Source: Albidovulum sp. (GTDB lineage Bacteria > Pseudomonadota > Alphaproteobacteria > Rhodobacterales > Rhodobacteraceae). Taken from it: a DNA stretch of 49,159 nucleotides. The stretch lies in NCBI GenBank assembly GCA_041739655.1, contig JBGSNN010000462.1, positions 1-49,159 on the forward strand, read 5' to 3'. Shown here in pieces: positions 1 to 9,737 of this stretch. Under the pieces are notes generated by a model. It searched no databases. It saw nothing but the letters and a program-made list of their open reading frames with translations, and was not told the origin of the DNA. Made by a program: the position numbers and the translations under genes. Each line of letters begins with the position of its first letter. Position 1 is the stretch's first letter.

Positions 1-386
1 GCCGCCCCCGCCGCCATCGCGATGCGGCCCGCGTCGTCGAGGAACAGCGACCGATGCAGATTGGTCAGCCAGCGCTCGATCGGGCCGGGATCGGCCGAAG
101 CAACCCCCTGTCCGGTTGCCGGGTCGATCACCGCGGCACCCGGCGCATCCTGTTCGAACCAGTAGGCGGTAATTCGTCCTGATGGCGCGCGGCGGATCTG
201 CTCGACCCCAGGATACACCGCCCGGATGCGTGTCGCGAGGTCGGCGACGGAGAGGCCGGCCTCGGCCTGCGGCGCGGCGAGACGCTCGGCCGCGGGAAAG
301 ACCGACAGCGCCGCGCCGCTGAGCGCAAGCAGTGTGATGATGGCAAGGGCCAAGAGCCCCGGCCAACGATGGAGCGCGCGGATCAT
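1..386 (-). CDS. PepSY-associated TM helix domain protein (N-terminal part; runs off the window edge)
   Basis: Not in the ORF track; translated by hand from ATG at 386 (AAGGA RBS upstream): MIRALHRWPGLLALAIITLLALSGAALSVFP...WLTNLHRSLFL. LHRW/LHRSL are the PepSY_TM helix motifs; lies just downstream of DUF2271. Confidence 0.8.
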   Translation of the reverse strand, partial: MIRALHRWPGLLALAIITLLALSGAALSVFPAAERLAAPQAEAGLSVADLATRIRAVYPGVEQIRRAPSGRITAYWFEQDAPGAAVIDPATGQGVASADPGPIERWLTNLHRSLFLDDAGRIAMAAGA

Positions 387-398
387 GGCCCGGTTTCC

Positions 399-869
399 TT
401 ACATCTTGTAGGCGAAGCTGGCGATGTAGCGGCGCCCGCCAACGGGTGTGCCCGCACCGGCGCTGGTCAAAGGCACCGCGATCTCGTTCGGGCTCTCACT
501 CATGTTCTCGACCGCACTATCGATGTGGAGCGTATAGCCCGCATCAATCAGCGCGTCGGCCAGGTTGAGGGTGATCTCCAGCGTCCGGCCAGCCCCGACG
601 CTGGCGCCCGTGATGCCGTTGATCTGGGCCGGATCACCGCCCGTGGCGCGATACCAGTCGGTCAGGTGCTTGTAGTATTTTGACTTGCCCCCGGCCATCC
701 AGAGGCTGCCCACATAGGCGCCGGAGGGGTCGGTGACGTAAAGCGCGAGATAGGCGCCGTCACCGCCATAGTTTTTGAGCGTCGTCGTCAGTGTGACAGG
801 GCGCGCCATGGCAAGGCCCGGAAGGGTCAATGCCGTGGTCAGCGCGAGGGCTGCGAGAACAGATTTCAT
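399..869 (-). CDS. DUF2271 domain periplasmic protein
   Basis: Start re-assigned to MKSVLAALAL (signal peptide). Motifs YGGDGAYLALYV, LWMAGGKSKYY, GITGASVGAG, HIDSAVE are typical of DUF2271. Confidence 0.8.
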   Translation of the reverse strand: MKSVLAALALTTALTLPGLAMARPVTLTTTLKNYGGDGAYLALYVTDPSGAYVGSLWMAGGKSKYYKHLTDWYRATGGDPAQINGITGASVGAGRTLEITLNLADALIDAGYTLHIDSAVENMSESPNEIAVPLTSAGAGTPVGGRRYIASFAYKM

Positions 870-909
870 GAGTGTCTTGCCTTTGCGATTGGAAGAACGA
901 ATGCCGGGT

Positions 910-1251
910 TCAGTTGACCTGAACTTGTGGCGCCGCGCCGTTTCCGAAGAGCCCGTTTGACGGCGGGGCGACACTGCCCGCCGGTGCCGGGTTGCGCGCG
1001 CTGCCAGCGCAATCATCGTCGTCGCAGTCGTCATCTTCTTCATCGTCATCATCGTGGCCAGGACGGGATCGATGGTCATCATCGTCGTTGTCCGCCAGGA
1101 TGATGGGCGGCGTCGCCGGTTCGGTACCAGCGGTGGCCCTGATCGGAAGGGCGTCGGCGTCGGTGACGCTTCTGATCGCGGCCCAAGCTGGCAATCCGAC
1201 GGCTGCAGTCAGGGCTGTCGACGCGATGAGGGCGGAAATGATGGTTTTCAT
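910..1251 (-). CDS. Small secreted protein with Asp/Glu-rich low-complexity tract
   Basis: AAGGAG RBS, signal peptide MKTIISALIASTALTAAVGLPAWA, tract DNDDDDH...DDDDEEDDDCDDDDC, C-terminus NPAPAGSVAPPSNGLFGNG; first gene of the PepSY/DUF2271 operon. Confidence 0.7.
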   Translation of the reverse strand: MKTIISALIASTALTAAVGLPAWAAIRSVTDADALPIRATAGTEPATPPIILADNDDDDHRSRPGHDDDDEEDDDCDDDDCAGSARNPAPAGSVAPPSNGLFGNGAAPQVQVN

Positions 1252-1295
1252 GGGGGGTCTCCTTAGATCCGATGCGACCAACTTGCGGACGTCAC

Positions 1296-1347
1296 CTGAG
1301 GTCTTCCTGACAGAGTCGGGCTTTCTGGTTCAGCTTGCTGTCAGGAA
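1296..1347. promoter_or_regulatory. Two oppositely oriented CTGA(C/G/A) tandem boxes with 11-bp period (OmpR/PhoB-family-like sites)
   Basis: CTGAG-N6-CTGAC on + (1296-1311) and CTGAC-N6-CTGAA on - (1344-1329); TTCCTGACAG (1304-1313) and CTGTCAGGAA (1338-1347) form a 10-bp inverted repeat. Confidence 0.45.
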
Positions 1348-1487
1348 AGGCCGCCCTTTGACGGGCGCGCTTGGCGTGCTCGGCCGTGGCAGCTGGCCGA
1401 CATGCTTGATGGAATCCTTCGGGGCGCCGCGCATTCGAGGACGCTGTGCCCGCAAACGGGCATCCGCGCGTTTACCGACGAAAGGCC

Positions 1488-2495
1488 TTAGCCTCGACCG
1501 CGCGGTGCTGTCGTGCTGGAGCGAACGACCAGTTCAACGGGCAGGACGGTATCCTCTGCGCCGATTTCGCCTGCCAGCATGGCGAGAAGACGCTCGGCGG
1601 CAAGGCGGCCGATCTCCGTCCGCGGCTGGCGGATCGTCGTGAGCGGCGGGGAAAGATGGGCGACGAGTTCGATGTCGTCGAAGCCTACCACGGACACATC
1701 GCGCGGCACTGCAAGGCCATGCCGCTGCACCTCGCCAATAAAGCTGCAGGCCATCGCATCCGACGCCAGGAAGAGCGCGGTCGGCCGGGTCGACGCAGGT
1801 TTCGCCAGCCAGGCCACGGCAGCGTTCCGGCCGGAGTCGAGACTGAAATCACCGATGTAGAGCGCGTCCGGAGCAAGGGGAATCCCAAGGCTGGACAGAG
1901 CGGCCTCGGCACCGCTCAGGCGCGCCTCGGTCAGGACGTTGCCGCGCGGCCCTGTGACATGACCGATGCGCCGGTGGCCAAGATCGGCAAGATGCGCGGT
2001 CGCCAGCGCCGCTGCTGCGCGATTGTCGATCTTGACGCGCGGCGCGGCAAGGCCCGGCACCCATTCGCAGGCCTCCACGACCGGCAGGCGCCCGCGCAGC
2101 GATTCGGCGGGCAGGGTGCCGTCGAGCACGATCAGCCCATCGGCCCGCGACGGCTCGGCATAGTCGAGAAGCCTGTCTGCCCCGGCAGTCTGCGTATCGG
2201 CCACCAGAAGGTTGTATCCCGCCGGACCAAGAACCGAGGCGATGCCCGAGAGGATCTGCGAAAAGAACGGATTGGCGAGGTTCGGAACCAGCGCCAGGAT
2301 TCCACCGGTTCGCTGGTGGCGCAGATTCCGCGCTGTGTGGTTGAGCCGATACCCCGTGCGGGCGATCGCCGCCTCGACTGCCGCGCGCGTCTCGTCGCTG
2401 ACGAGGCCGGGATTGCTGATGGCGCGGCTGACCGTGGCGGTTGATACGCCCGCAATCCGGGCAACGTCGCTGATCCTGGGCCGGTCGAGTTTCAT
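1488..2495 (-). CDS. LacI-family transcriptional regulator
   Basis: RISDVARIAGVSTATVSRAI HTH; VSVVGFDD, PPLTTIRQP, LVVRSST. Start at MKLDRP after a GAGG RBS. Confidence 0.95.
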   Translation of the reverse strand: MKLDRPRISDVARIAGVSTATVSRAISNPGLVSDETRAAVEAAIARTGYRLNHTARNLRHQRTGGILALVPNLANPFFSQILSGIASVLGPAGYNLLVADTQTAGADRLLDYAEPSRADGLIVLDGTLPAESLRGRLPVVEACEWVPGLAAPRVKIDNRAAAALATAHLADLGHRRIGHVTGPRGNVLTEARLSGAEAALSSLGIPLAPDALYIGDFSLDSGRNAAVAWLAKPASTRPTALFLASDAMACSFIGEVQRHGLAVPRDVSVVGFDDIELVAHLSPPLTTIRQPRTEIGRLAAERLLAMLAGEIGAEDTVLPVELVVRSSTTAPRGRG

Positions 2496-2556
2496 GGCCT
2501 CTCTTACGCTTTGCGCCTTTTCCACTCAATCGCGATTCCTGTCTCAGGAATCATAT

Positions 2557-2601
2557 TGCAATCGATTACATTGCCGTCTTAACCTGATGTAACCGATTTC
2601 A
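2557..2601. promoter_or_regulatory. Two LacI-type operators in the divergent promoter
   Basis: TGCAATCGATTACA (2557-2570) and TGTAACCGATTTCA (2588-2601) fit the TGnAAnCGnTTnCA LacI palindrome. Confidence 0.7.
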
Positions 2602-2624
2602 TCCGCTGCCTGTGGGAGGAGCCT

Positions 2625-3683
2625 ATGCGGACGATCAAAGGGCCCGCCCTTTTCCTTGCGCAATTCGCCGGCGATGACGCGCCGTTCAATTCCTGGGCGT
2701 CGATCACCAGATGGGCCGCCGACTGCGGCTATCTTGGCGTGCAGGTTCCGACCCTCGATGCTCGCCTGATCGACCTCGATCAGGCGTCGGCGTCCAGAGG
2801 CTATTGTGACGACTGGGCAGGACAGGCGCAGGCGAATGGCGTCGCGGTGACCGAGTTTTCGACGCATCTGCAAGGGCAACTGGTCGCAGTCCACCCCGCC
2901 TATGACACGATGTTCGACGCCTTCGCGCCCGCTTCGCTGCACGGCAAGCCGAAGGAGCGGACGGATTGGGCGGTCGAGCAGGTTAAAAAGACCCTCACCG
3001 CTTCGAAACACCTTGGCCTGACCGCAATGGCGTCTTTTTCAGGCGCGCTCGCCTGGCCCTATGTCTACCCTTGGCCGCAGCGCCCCGCGGGGCTGATCGA
3101 CGAAGCCTTTGACGAGCTGGCGCGTCGTTGGCGCCCGATCCTTGATCATGCAGACGACTGTGGTGTCGATGTCTGCTTTGAGATCCATCCAGGGGAGGAT
3201 CTGCACGACGGCGACAGCTACGAGATGTTCCTCGACCGCGTCGGCGGCCATGCGCGGGCCTGCATGCTCTACGATCCGTCGCACTATGTCCTGCAGCAAC
3301 TCGACTACATCGACCATCTCGACATCTATCGCGACCGCATCCGCATGTTCCATGTGAAGGATGCGGAGTTCAATCCGACCGGGCGCAAGGGTGTCTATGG
3401 CGGCTATCAGGCTTGGGTCGACCGCGCCGGTCGCTTCCGAAGCCTCGGCGACGGGCAGGTGGATTTCGGCGCGATCTTCTCGAAGCTCGCCGCGATGGAT
3501 TTTCCCGGCTGGGCCGTTGTGGAATGGGAGTGCTGCCTCAAGCACCCTGAGGATGGCGCGCGCGAGGGGGCAGAGTTCGTCCGGTCGCACATCATCCGCG
3601 TGACGGAACGCGCCTTTGACGATTTCGCGGCATCGCGGACCGACCGCGCAGCGAACCGGCGGCTTCTGGGGCTGGAGGACTAA
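2625..3683 (+). CDS. Sugar phosphate isomerase/epimerase (xylose isomerase-like TIM barrel, AP-endonuclease-2 family)
   Basis: KGPALFLAQF N-terminus; metal ligands FEIHPGE, YDPSH, FHVKDAE, VVEWEC. Confidence 0.9.
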   Translation: MRTIKGPALFLAQFAGDDAPFNSWASITRWAADCGYLGVQVPTLDARLIDLDQASASRGYCDDWAGQAQANGVAVTEFSTHLQGQLVAVHPAYDTMFDAFAPASLHGKPKERTDWAVEQVKKTLTASKHLGLTAMASFSGALAWPYVYPWPQRPAGLIDEAFDELARRWRPILDHADDCGVDVCFEIHPGEDLHDGDSYEMFLDRVGGHARACMLYDPSHYVLQQLDYIDHLDIYRDRIRMFHVKDAEFNPTGRKGVYGGYQAWVDRAGRFRSLGDGQVDFGAIFSKLAAMDFPGWAVVEWECCLKHPEDGAREGAEFVRSHIIRVTERAFDDFAASRTDRAANRRLLGLED

Positions 3684-3686
3684 GGC

Positions 3687-4817
3687 ATGGACCCGATCCG
3701 GTTGGGCATGGTGGGGGGGGGACAGGGTGCCTTCATCGGCGCGACCCATCGTATCGCCGCGCGGCTGGACGGCGACTTTCGTCTGATCGCGGCGGCGCTT
3801 TCCTCCGATCCCGGCCGGGCGATGGCCTCGGGCGCCGACCTCGGGCTTGACCCGGCGCGGACCTACACGGATTTCCGGGTGATGGCTGCGCGCGAGGCGC
3901 GGCTGCGGGACGGGATCGAGGCCGTCGCCATCGTGACACCCAACCATATGCACGCGGCGCCGGCGATCGAATTCCTGAAGCGCGGCATTCATGTCATTTG
4001 CGACAAGCCCCTGACCGCGACGCTGACCGACGCGAAGAGGCTCTCTGCCGTCGCGGCCAAGGCGAATGCGCTTTTCATCCTCACCCACAACTACACAGGT
4101 TATCCACTTATCCGTCAGGCCCGTGCGATGGTGGCGCGGGGCGATCTGGGGCAGATCCGGCTGGTGCAGGTCGAATATGCGCAGGACTGGCTGACCCACG
4201 AGGTACACTCAAAACAGGCCGATTGGCGAACTGATCCGGCGCGTTCCGGCATTGGCGGCGCGCTCGGCGATATCGGTACGCACGCCTACAACCTCGCCGC
4301 TTTCGTGTCGGGGATGGAGCCTGAGGCGCTGGCTGCCGATATTTCCTCGTTCGTTCCGGGACGGCAACTGGACGACAATGCGCATGTGCTGCTCCGCTAT
4401 GCCAGCGGCGCAAAAGGGATGCTCTGGGCCAGTCAGGTTGCGCCCGGCAATGAGAACGGCCTTCGTCTGCGCATCTACGGCGATGCCGGCGGGCTGGAGT
4501 GGTCGCAGGAAGCGCCCAACCAGCTCTGGTTCACGCCCTACGGTCAGCCGAAGCAGATGCTGACGCGGATGGGTGCGGGCACCCTGCCTGAGGCGCTCCG
4601 TGTTTCTCGCGTACCGTCGGGGCACCCGGAGGGCTATCTTGAAGCCTTCGCCACGATCTACGTCGAGGCGGCCCGCGCGATCCGCGCCCATCAGGCGGGC
4701 AATCCGCAGCCGGATGATGTCCTGTTCCCGACCATCGCCGATGGCCTCGCCGGCATGAGGTTCGTCGCCGCCTGCGTCACATCCGCCACGCGCAGATCGG
4801 CTTGGGTCAGCCTATGA
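3687..4817 (+). CDS. Gfo/Idh/MocA family oxidoreductase
   Basis: [12 protein letters not shown] Rossmann motif, [23 protein letters not shown]. Confidence 0.92.
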   Translation: MDPIRLGMVGGGQGAFIGATHRIAARLDGDFRLIAAALSSDPGRAMASGADLGLDPARTYTDFRVMAAREARLRDGIEAVAIVTPNHMHAAPAIEFLKRGIHVICDKPLTATLTDAKRLSAVAAKANALFILTHNYTGYPLIRQARAMVARGDLGQIRLVQVEYAQDWLTHEVHSKQADWRTDPARSGIGGALGDIGTHAYNLAAFVSGMEPEALAADISSFVPGRQLDDNAHVLLRYASGAKGMLWASQVAPGNENGLRLRIYGDAGGLEWSQEAPNQLWFTPYGQPKQMLTRMGAGTLPEALRVSRVPSGHPEGYLEAFATIYVEAARAIRAHQAGNPQPDDVLFPTIADGLAGMRFVAACVTSATRRSAWVSL

Positions 4818-6310
4818 CGCCGACCCTAGCGCTTCACGATGTCCACAAGAGCTTCGGTCCGATCGAGGTTCTGCATGGCGTCGATTTCGCGCTGATGCCC
4901 GGCGAGGTCCACGCCTTGATCGGCGAAAACGGTGCCGGCAAGTCCACGATCATGAAGATCCTTGGCGGCTTTCTCGCGCCGACCTCCGGGGTGGTGCTTA
5001 TTGACGGCCAACCCGTCACTTACCGGTCGGGTGCGGAGGCCGAGGCCCAGGGCGTCGTCGTCATCCATCAGGAATTCAACCTTGCCGCCGATCTCACCGT
5101 GACCGAGAACATCTACCTCGGACGCGAGATTGGTGGCCTGTTTCTGGACCACAAGGCGATGCGGGCGGGCACGCAGGCGCTGCTTGACCAGATGGAAACC
5201 CATGTCAGCCCGGAGGCCCGCATCCGCGACCTGCCGGTCTCGGACCGGCAGATGGTCGAGATCGCCAAGGCCCTGTCGCGGAATGCCCGCGTTCTCATCA
5301 TGGACGAGCCCTCTGCCGTCCTGACCCACCGCGAGGTGCATATCCTCTTCGGCCAGATCGAGCGGTTGCGCGCGGCGGGCGTGGCGCTTCTCTTTACATC
5401 CCACCGCCTGGACGAGGTCAGCCACATCGCCGACCGGATCACCGTGCTGCGCGACGGGGCGGTCGTGCGCCGCGCCGAGCGGGGCGAACTGACCGAGGAC
5501 GGCATGGCCACAGCGATGGTCGGGCGCGATCTCAAGGATATCTTTCCGCCAAAGCGGGACGGCTTCGGCCCGGTCGTGTTTGAGGTTCGCGATTTCGTTG
5601 TCCCGCCGCTCGTCGAAGGCGTGACACTGAGCCTGAGGCGCGGCGAGGTGCTGGGGATTTCCGGCCTTGTCGGGTCCGGGCGCACTGAACTGGCCGAGGG
5701 TCTTGTCGGGCTCAGGCCGCATCACGGACGCATCGCACGCCATGGGACCGAGGTTCACATCCGCTCGGTTTCAGAGGCGGCCGCGCATGGCATCGCCTAT
5801 CTGACCGAAGACCGCAAGGAACGCGGGCTTCTCGTGGAAAAGTCGCTGCGCGAGAACCTGACCCTTCCGATCTTGCGGACCATCGGAGCCCCGCTTCTGT
5901 CGCGCGAAAAGGAAGAGCGCGCCCTGACCAAGGCCATCGCGGATTTCGACATCCGCGCGCCCGCGCGGGAAATGAAGGTCGGCAATCTCTCCGGCGGCAA
6001 TCAACAGAAGCTTTTGCTTGCCAAGACGATGCTTCCCGATCCGGAGGTCGTGATCGTCGACGAGCCGACGCGCGGCATCGACATCGGCACCAAAAGCCAG
6101 ATCTACGCCTTTATCGACATGCTCGCCCGCAACGGGCACAGCGTCATCGTCATCTCATCGGACATGCCGGAAATCCTCGGCCTCTCTGACCGGGTTCTGG
6201 TGATGCGGCAGGGGCGCCTGGTCGCGGTGCTGGACGGTGACGAGATCAACGAAACCGCCGTGGTCCGGGCAGTCATGGGAACGAGCGAAAGGATGACCGA
6301 GGATGCCTAA
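4814..6310 (+). CDS. Sugar ABC transporter ATP-binding protein (CUT2, two NBDs)
   Basis: GENGAGKST Walker [22 protein letters not shown]; ATGA overlap with the upstream gene. Confidence 0.95.
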   Translation: MTPTLALHDVHKSFGPIEVLHGVDFALMPGEVHALIGENGAGKSTIMKILGGFLAPTSGVVLIDGQPVTYRSGAEAEAQGVVVIHQEFNLAADLTVTENIYLGREIGGLFLDHKAMRAGTQALLDQMETHVSPEARIRDLPVSDRQMVEIAKALSRNARVLIMDEPSAVLTHREVHILFGQIERLRAAGVALLFTSHRLDEVSHIADRITVLRDGAVVRRAERGELTEDGMATAMVGRDLKDIFPPKRDGFGPVVFEVRDFVVPPLVEGVTLSLRRGEVLGISGLVGSGRTELAEGLVGLRPHHGRIARHGTEVHIRSVSEAAAHGIAYLTEDRKERGLLVEKSLRENLTLPILRTIGAPLLSREKEERALTKAIADFDIRAPAREMKVGNLSGGNQQKLLLAKTMLPDPEVVIVDEPTRGIDIGTKSQIYAFIDMLARNGHSVIVISSDMPEILGLSDRVLVMRQGRLVAVLDGDEINETAVVRAVMGTSERMTEDA

Positions 6311-7280
6311 GGGCGGCATGACGTTGACGACGCTTGGGCCTGTGGCGGCACTGATCGTCCTGGTTCTTCTCGGGGCGTTCCTCAATTCGAACTTCCTGTC
6401 GGCAGGGAACATCACCAACGTGCTGGCCCGCTCTGCGTTCATCGGGATGATCGCGGTGGGAATGACCTTCGTCATCACCTCGGGCGGGCTTGATCTTTCC
6501 GTCGGCTCGATGGCCGCCTTCATTGCCGGGATGATGATCCTTGCCATGAACGCGATGCTGCCGACCTTCGGCGTCGGAATCCCGTTGGTCCTTGCCGGCA
6601 TGGGCGTGGCGCTTCTGGTCGGTCTTCTCGCCGGGCTAACCAACGGCCTTCTCATCACGCGGGCGCGGATCGAACCCTTCATCGTGACTCTTGGCACGAT
6701 GGGGATCTTCCGCTCTCTTGTCACCTGGATCGCCGATGGCGGTACGCTTTCGCTCGATTTCGAGGCGCGGCAGTTCTATCGGCCGGTCTATTATGGCGGT
6801 GTGCTTGGCGTCGCCTGGCCGATCATCGTGTTCGCGCTGATCGCGATCGCCGGTGAAATCGCCATGCGCCAGACCCGCTTCGGCCGCTACTGCGAGGCAA
6901 TCGGGTCGAACGACAAGGTTGCACGCTATTCTGCGGTCAACGTCGAGCGTGTGCGGCTGATGACCTATGTCGCCCTCGGGCTTCTGGTTGGGCTGGCCAC
7001 CATCCTCTACGTCCCGCGCCTTGGATCGGCTTCGGGCTCGACCGGACTTCTCTGGGAACTTGAGGCCATCGCCGCTGTGATCATCGGCGGCACCGCGCTG
7101 AAAGGTGGCTCTGGCCGGGTCTGGGGGACGGTGGTTGGCGTCCTGATCCTCAGCCTCATCGACAACATCCTCAATCTCGCCGACCTCGTCTCGCCGTATC
7201 TGAACGGCGCGATCCAGGGCGTCATCATCGTGCTCGCCGTTGTTCTGCAACGCGGGAAATCAGCCGCCGAGGGGCGGTAA
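6303..7280 (+). CDS. Sugar ABC transporter permease (RbsC-like)
   Basis: [37 protein letters not shown]; multiple TM segments. Confidence 0.95.
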   Translation: MPKGGMTLTTLGPVAALIVLVLLGAFLNSNFLSAGNITNVLARSAFIGMIAVGMTFVITSGGLDLSVGSMAAFIAGMMILAMNAMLPTFGVGIPLVLAGMGVALLVGLLAGLTNGLLITRARIEPFIVTLGTMGIFRSLVTWIADGGTLSLDFEARQFYRPVYYGGVLGVAWPIIVFALIAIAGEIAMRQTRFGRYCEAIGSNDKVARYSAVNVERVRLMTYVALGLLVGLATILYVPRLGSASGSTGLLWELEAIAAVIIGGTALKGGSGRVWGTVVGVLILSLIDNILNLADLVSPYLNGAIQGVIIVLAVVLQRGKSAAEGR

Positions 7281-7321
7281 CAGGCTCGTCGCCAAATGGC
7301 GACATTTCAGGGAGGAAGACC

Positions 7322-8284
7322 ATGAAACGCAGAGAGTTCTTCGGCGCAACGGCGGCAATGGCCGTGACGGCGGGGCTGGCGGCCACCGTCACACTGGCAC
7401 AGGACAAGACCTACACCATCGGCGTGTCGATCCCATCGGCCACGCATGGTTTCATGGGTGGCCTGAACTGGCACGCACAGGAAACCATCAAGCGGCTTGA
7501 GGCGACCTATCCACAGCTCAAGTTCGTGCTGGCGACGGCAGGCGAGGCCGGCAAGCAGGTCAACGATCTTGAGGACATGATGGCGACCCGGAATATCGAC
7601 GGCCTCGTCGTGCTGCCGTTCGAGAGCGAGCCTCTGACCGGCCCGGTCAAGGCCGTCAAGGACGCCGGGAAGTGGGTCACCGTCGTTGACCGCGGCCTCT
7701 CCGTCGAAGGGATCGAGGATCTCTACGTTGCGGGGGACAACACCGCCTTTGGCCGCACTGCAGGCGAGTACTTCAAGGCCAACCTGCCCTCGGACGCCAA
7801 GATTGTCGTCCTGCGCGGTATTCCGACCACGATCGACAATGAGCGGGTAGATGCCTTTCAGAAAGCCATCGACGGATCGGGGATCGAGATCGTCGATATG
7901 CAACACGGCAACTGGAACCGGGATGACGCCTTCACCGTCATGCAGGATTTCCTGTCGAAACACGCCAAGATCGACGCCGTCTGGGCGGCGGATGACGATA
8001 TGGCCGTCGGCGTGATGGAGGCCATCGCCCAAGCCGGTCGCGAAAAGGAAATGTGGATCATCGGCGGTGCCGGGATGAAGGAAATCGTCAAGCGGATCAT
8101 GGACAAGGACCCGCAGGTGCCTGTCGATGTCACCTATCCTCCCGCGCTGATTTCTGCCGCGATCGAGATCACGGCGCTGCGCTTCGTCTCGGACACTCCG
8201 GTCTATGGCCGTTTCATCATCGGCTCGACCCTCATCACGCCGGAAAACGCCGAACGGTTCTACTTCCCCGACAGCCCGTTCTGA
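7322..8284 (+). CDS. Sugar ABC transporter substrate-binding protein (RbsB-like), Tat-like leader
   Basis: GGAGG RBS; MKRREFFG...TLA leader; VVDRG, VAGDN, GNWNRD, AADDDMA. Confidence 0.92.
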   Translation: MKRREFFGATAAMAVTAGLAATVTLAQDKTYTIGVSIPSATHGFMGGLNWHAQETIKRLEATYPQLKFVLATAGEAGKQVNDLEDMMATRNIDGLVVLPFESEPLTGPVKAVKDAGKWVTVVDRGLSVEGIEDLYVAGDNTAFGRTAGEYFKANLPSDAKIVVLRGIPTTIDNERVDAFQKAIDGSGIEIVDMQHGNWNRDDAFTVMQDFLSKHAKIDAVWAADDDMAVGVMEAIAQAGREKEMWIIGGAGMKEIVKRIMDKDPQVPVDVTYPPALISAAIEITALRFVSDTPVYGRFIIGSTLITPENAERFYFPDSPF

Positions 8285-8299
8285 CCGACCGGAAGCACA

Positions 8300-8330
8300 G
8301 GTGGGGCGGCCGATGTCGCGCCGCCCCACC
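8300..8330 (+). terminator. GC-rich hairpin at the end of the ABC operon (no U-tract)
   Basis: GGTGGGGCGGC-N9-GCCGCCCCACC, 11-bp perfect stem. Confidence 0.45.
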
Positions 8331-8406
8331 GTCGCTTGTGACTCGGGATCGCCCGCGCACCAACACGCGATCAACTCGCTCAGGATACGTCAGGATCGCT
8401 CTGCAT

Positions 8407-8420
8407 TCCAATCGGTTGAA
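8407..8420. promoter_or_regulatory. Degenerate LacI operator upstream of the second LacI gene
   Basis: TCCAATCGGTTGAA matches 11/14 positions of TGCAACCGGTTGCA at 14631-14644. Confidence 0.4.
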
Positions 8421-8503
8421 CCTTGTGGGGCAATCATTTCTGTTCTTTCAGATCGCCGGGCCTGTAGAGTGCGCAGAGTGGAGCAGCGATACATGATCAG
8501 GTC

Positions 8504-9493
8504 ATGGCAGTAACCCTGAGGGAGGTGGCGGCGCGCGCGGGCGTATCGCGGTCGGCCGTGTCCCGGACCTTCACGCCCGGGGCCTCTGTCTCGCCGGGTA
8601 CCCGGGCCAAGGTGGAAAAGGCTGCCAATGAACTCGGTTACGCGCCGAATGCCTTGGCGTCGAGCCTGACCACCGGTCGGACGAAGCTGATCGGGTTGGT
8701 TGTGAACAACTTCCGCAATCCGCTGATCCTCGAAGTTTTCGATCTCTTCACACGCAAGCTTCAGGAGCGGGGTCTGCGGCCGTTGTTGGTGAATCTCAGC
8801 GCCGCGACCGATTCCGCCGCCTCGGTGAAGATGCTGCGGCAATACTCGGTCGATGGGGTCATCGTGGCTTCCTCGACGCTGCCCTCCAGCTTTGCCGTAT
8901 CGGTCAGGACTGCGGGCTTGCCTGTCGTTCATGCGTTTGGACGCTATGCGCTTTCACCCGAAGTGCATGTCGTCGGCATCGACAACGTTGCCTGCGGGCG
9001 AATGGCGGCCGAGGCGCTGATCCGGCACGGCTACCGCCGCCTGGCCTTCCTGGGCGGACCCGAGACCGCAACATCAACTCAGGACCGGGCGGCAGGGTTT
9101 CTTGGTGCGCTTGCCGGTCATCCCGGGATCAGCGTGAGCGTGAGCTACGCCAGCGCCTATACGTTCGATGCTGGCCGGGCGGAAATGGCACGCCTTGTCG
9201 CGTCGAACCCTGCCGAAGCCTATTTCTGCGGCGACGATCTGCTGGCGGTCGGCGCGTTGAGCGCCATCGAGGAGGCAGGCCTTGCTGTGCCGGCCGACAT
9301 CGGGCTGATCGGGCTCAATGACATGGAAATGGCGCGCTGGCAGAACATCGCGCTGACGACGATCCGTCAGCCGGTGGCCGAGATCATCGACGCGGCCATC
9401 GAACTGGTGGTGGCGACGATCGAAACGCCGGACTGTCACCCTGAGACCCGGTTGTTTCCATGCCGCCTGATCGAGCGCCGGACACTGCGCTAG
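8504..9493 (+). CDS. LacI-family transcriptional regulator
   Basis: VTLREVAARAGVSRSAVSRTF HTH; LTTIRQP; LIERRTLR. Confidence 0.95.
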   Translation: MAVTLREVAARAGVSRSAVSRTFTPGASVSPGTRAKVEKAANELGYAPNALASSLTTGRTKLIGLVVNNFRNPLILEVFDLFTRKLQERGLRPLLVNLSAATDSAASVKMLRQYSVDGVIVASSTLPSSFAVSVRTAGLPVVHAFGRYALSPEVHVVGIDNVACGRMAAEALIRHGYRRLAFLGGPETATSTQDRAAGFLGALAGHPGISVSVSYASAYTFDAGRAEMARLVASNPAEAYFCGDDLLAVGALSAIEEAGLAVPADIGLIGLNDMEMARWQNIALTTIRQPVAEIIDAAIELVVATIETPDCHPETRLFPCRLIERRTLR

Positions 9494-9500
9494 ATCTTTA

Positions 9501-9737
9501 TCAGGACCGCCAGGTTGCCCCGAGCAGAGGACCCGTCTTGGCACCCTTGAACGCGGTTCCTGAATCAGATTAGGTGACGTAGAGCTGACGCCAGCCGGCG
9601 GAGAGATAGAGACCCTCACTCATCTGATAGTTTGCGGTCACCGCCACCTGCGCGCAGAGCGGGGCCAGAGTTGCGGCCCCTGCAAGGATGGCGCCCGCAA
9701 CCAGCGAAGCAAGGAGATCGCTTGGTTGCCGGGGCAT
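9501..9737 (-). pseudogene. Remnant of an outer-membrane beta-barrel gene (internal deletion plus in-frame stop)
   Basis: Hand translation from ATG 9737 (AAGGAG RBS, TGATG coupling to the amidohydrolase): MPRQPSDLLASLVAGAILAGAATLAPLCAQ-VAVTANYQMSEGLYLSAGWRQLYVT*SDSGTAFKGAKTGPLLGATWRS*. This is a signal peptide fused directly to the final amphipathic strands of a barrel; TAA at 9570-9572 is in frame. Confidence 0.7.

Noticed and set aside
1010-1090. (TCG/TCA)n triplet-like repeat
   Set aside because: It simply encodes the Asp/Glu tract of the 910-1251 protein; not a CRISPR array or independent repeat.
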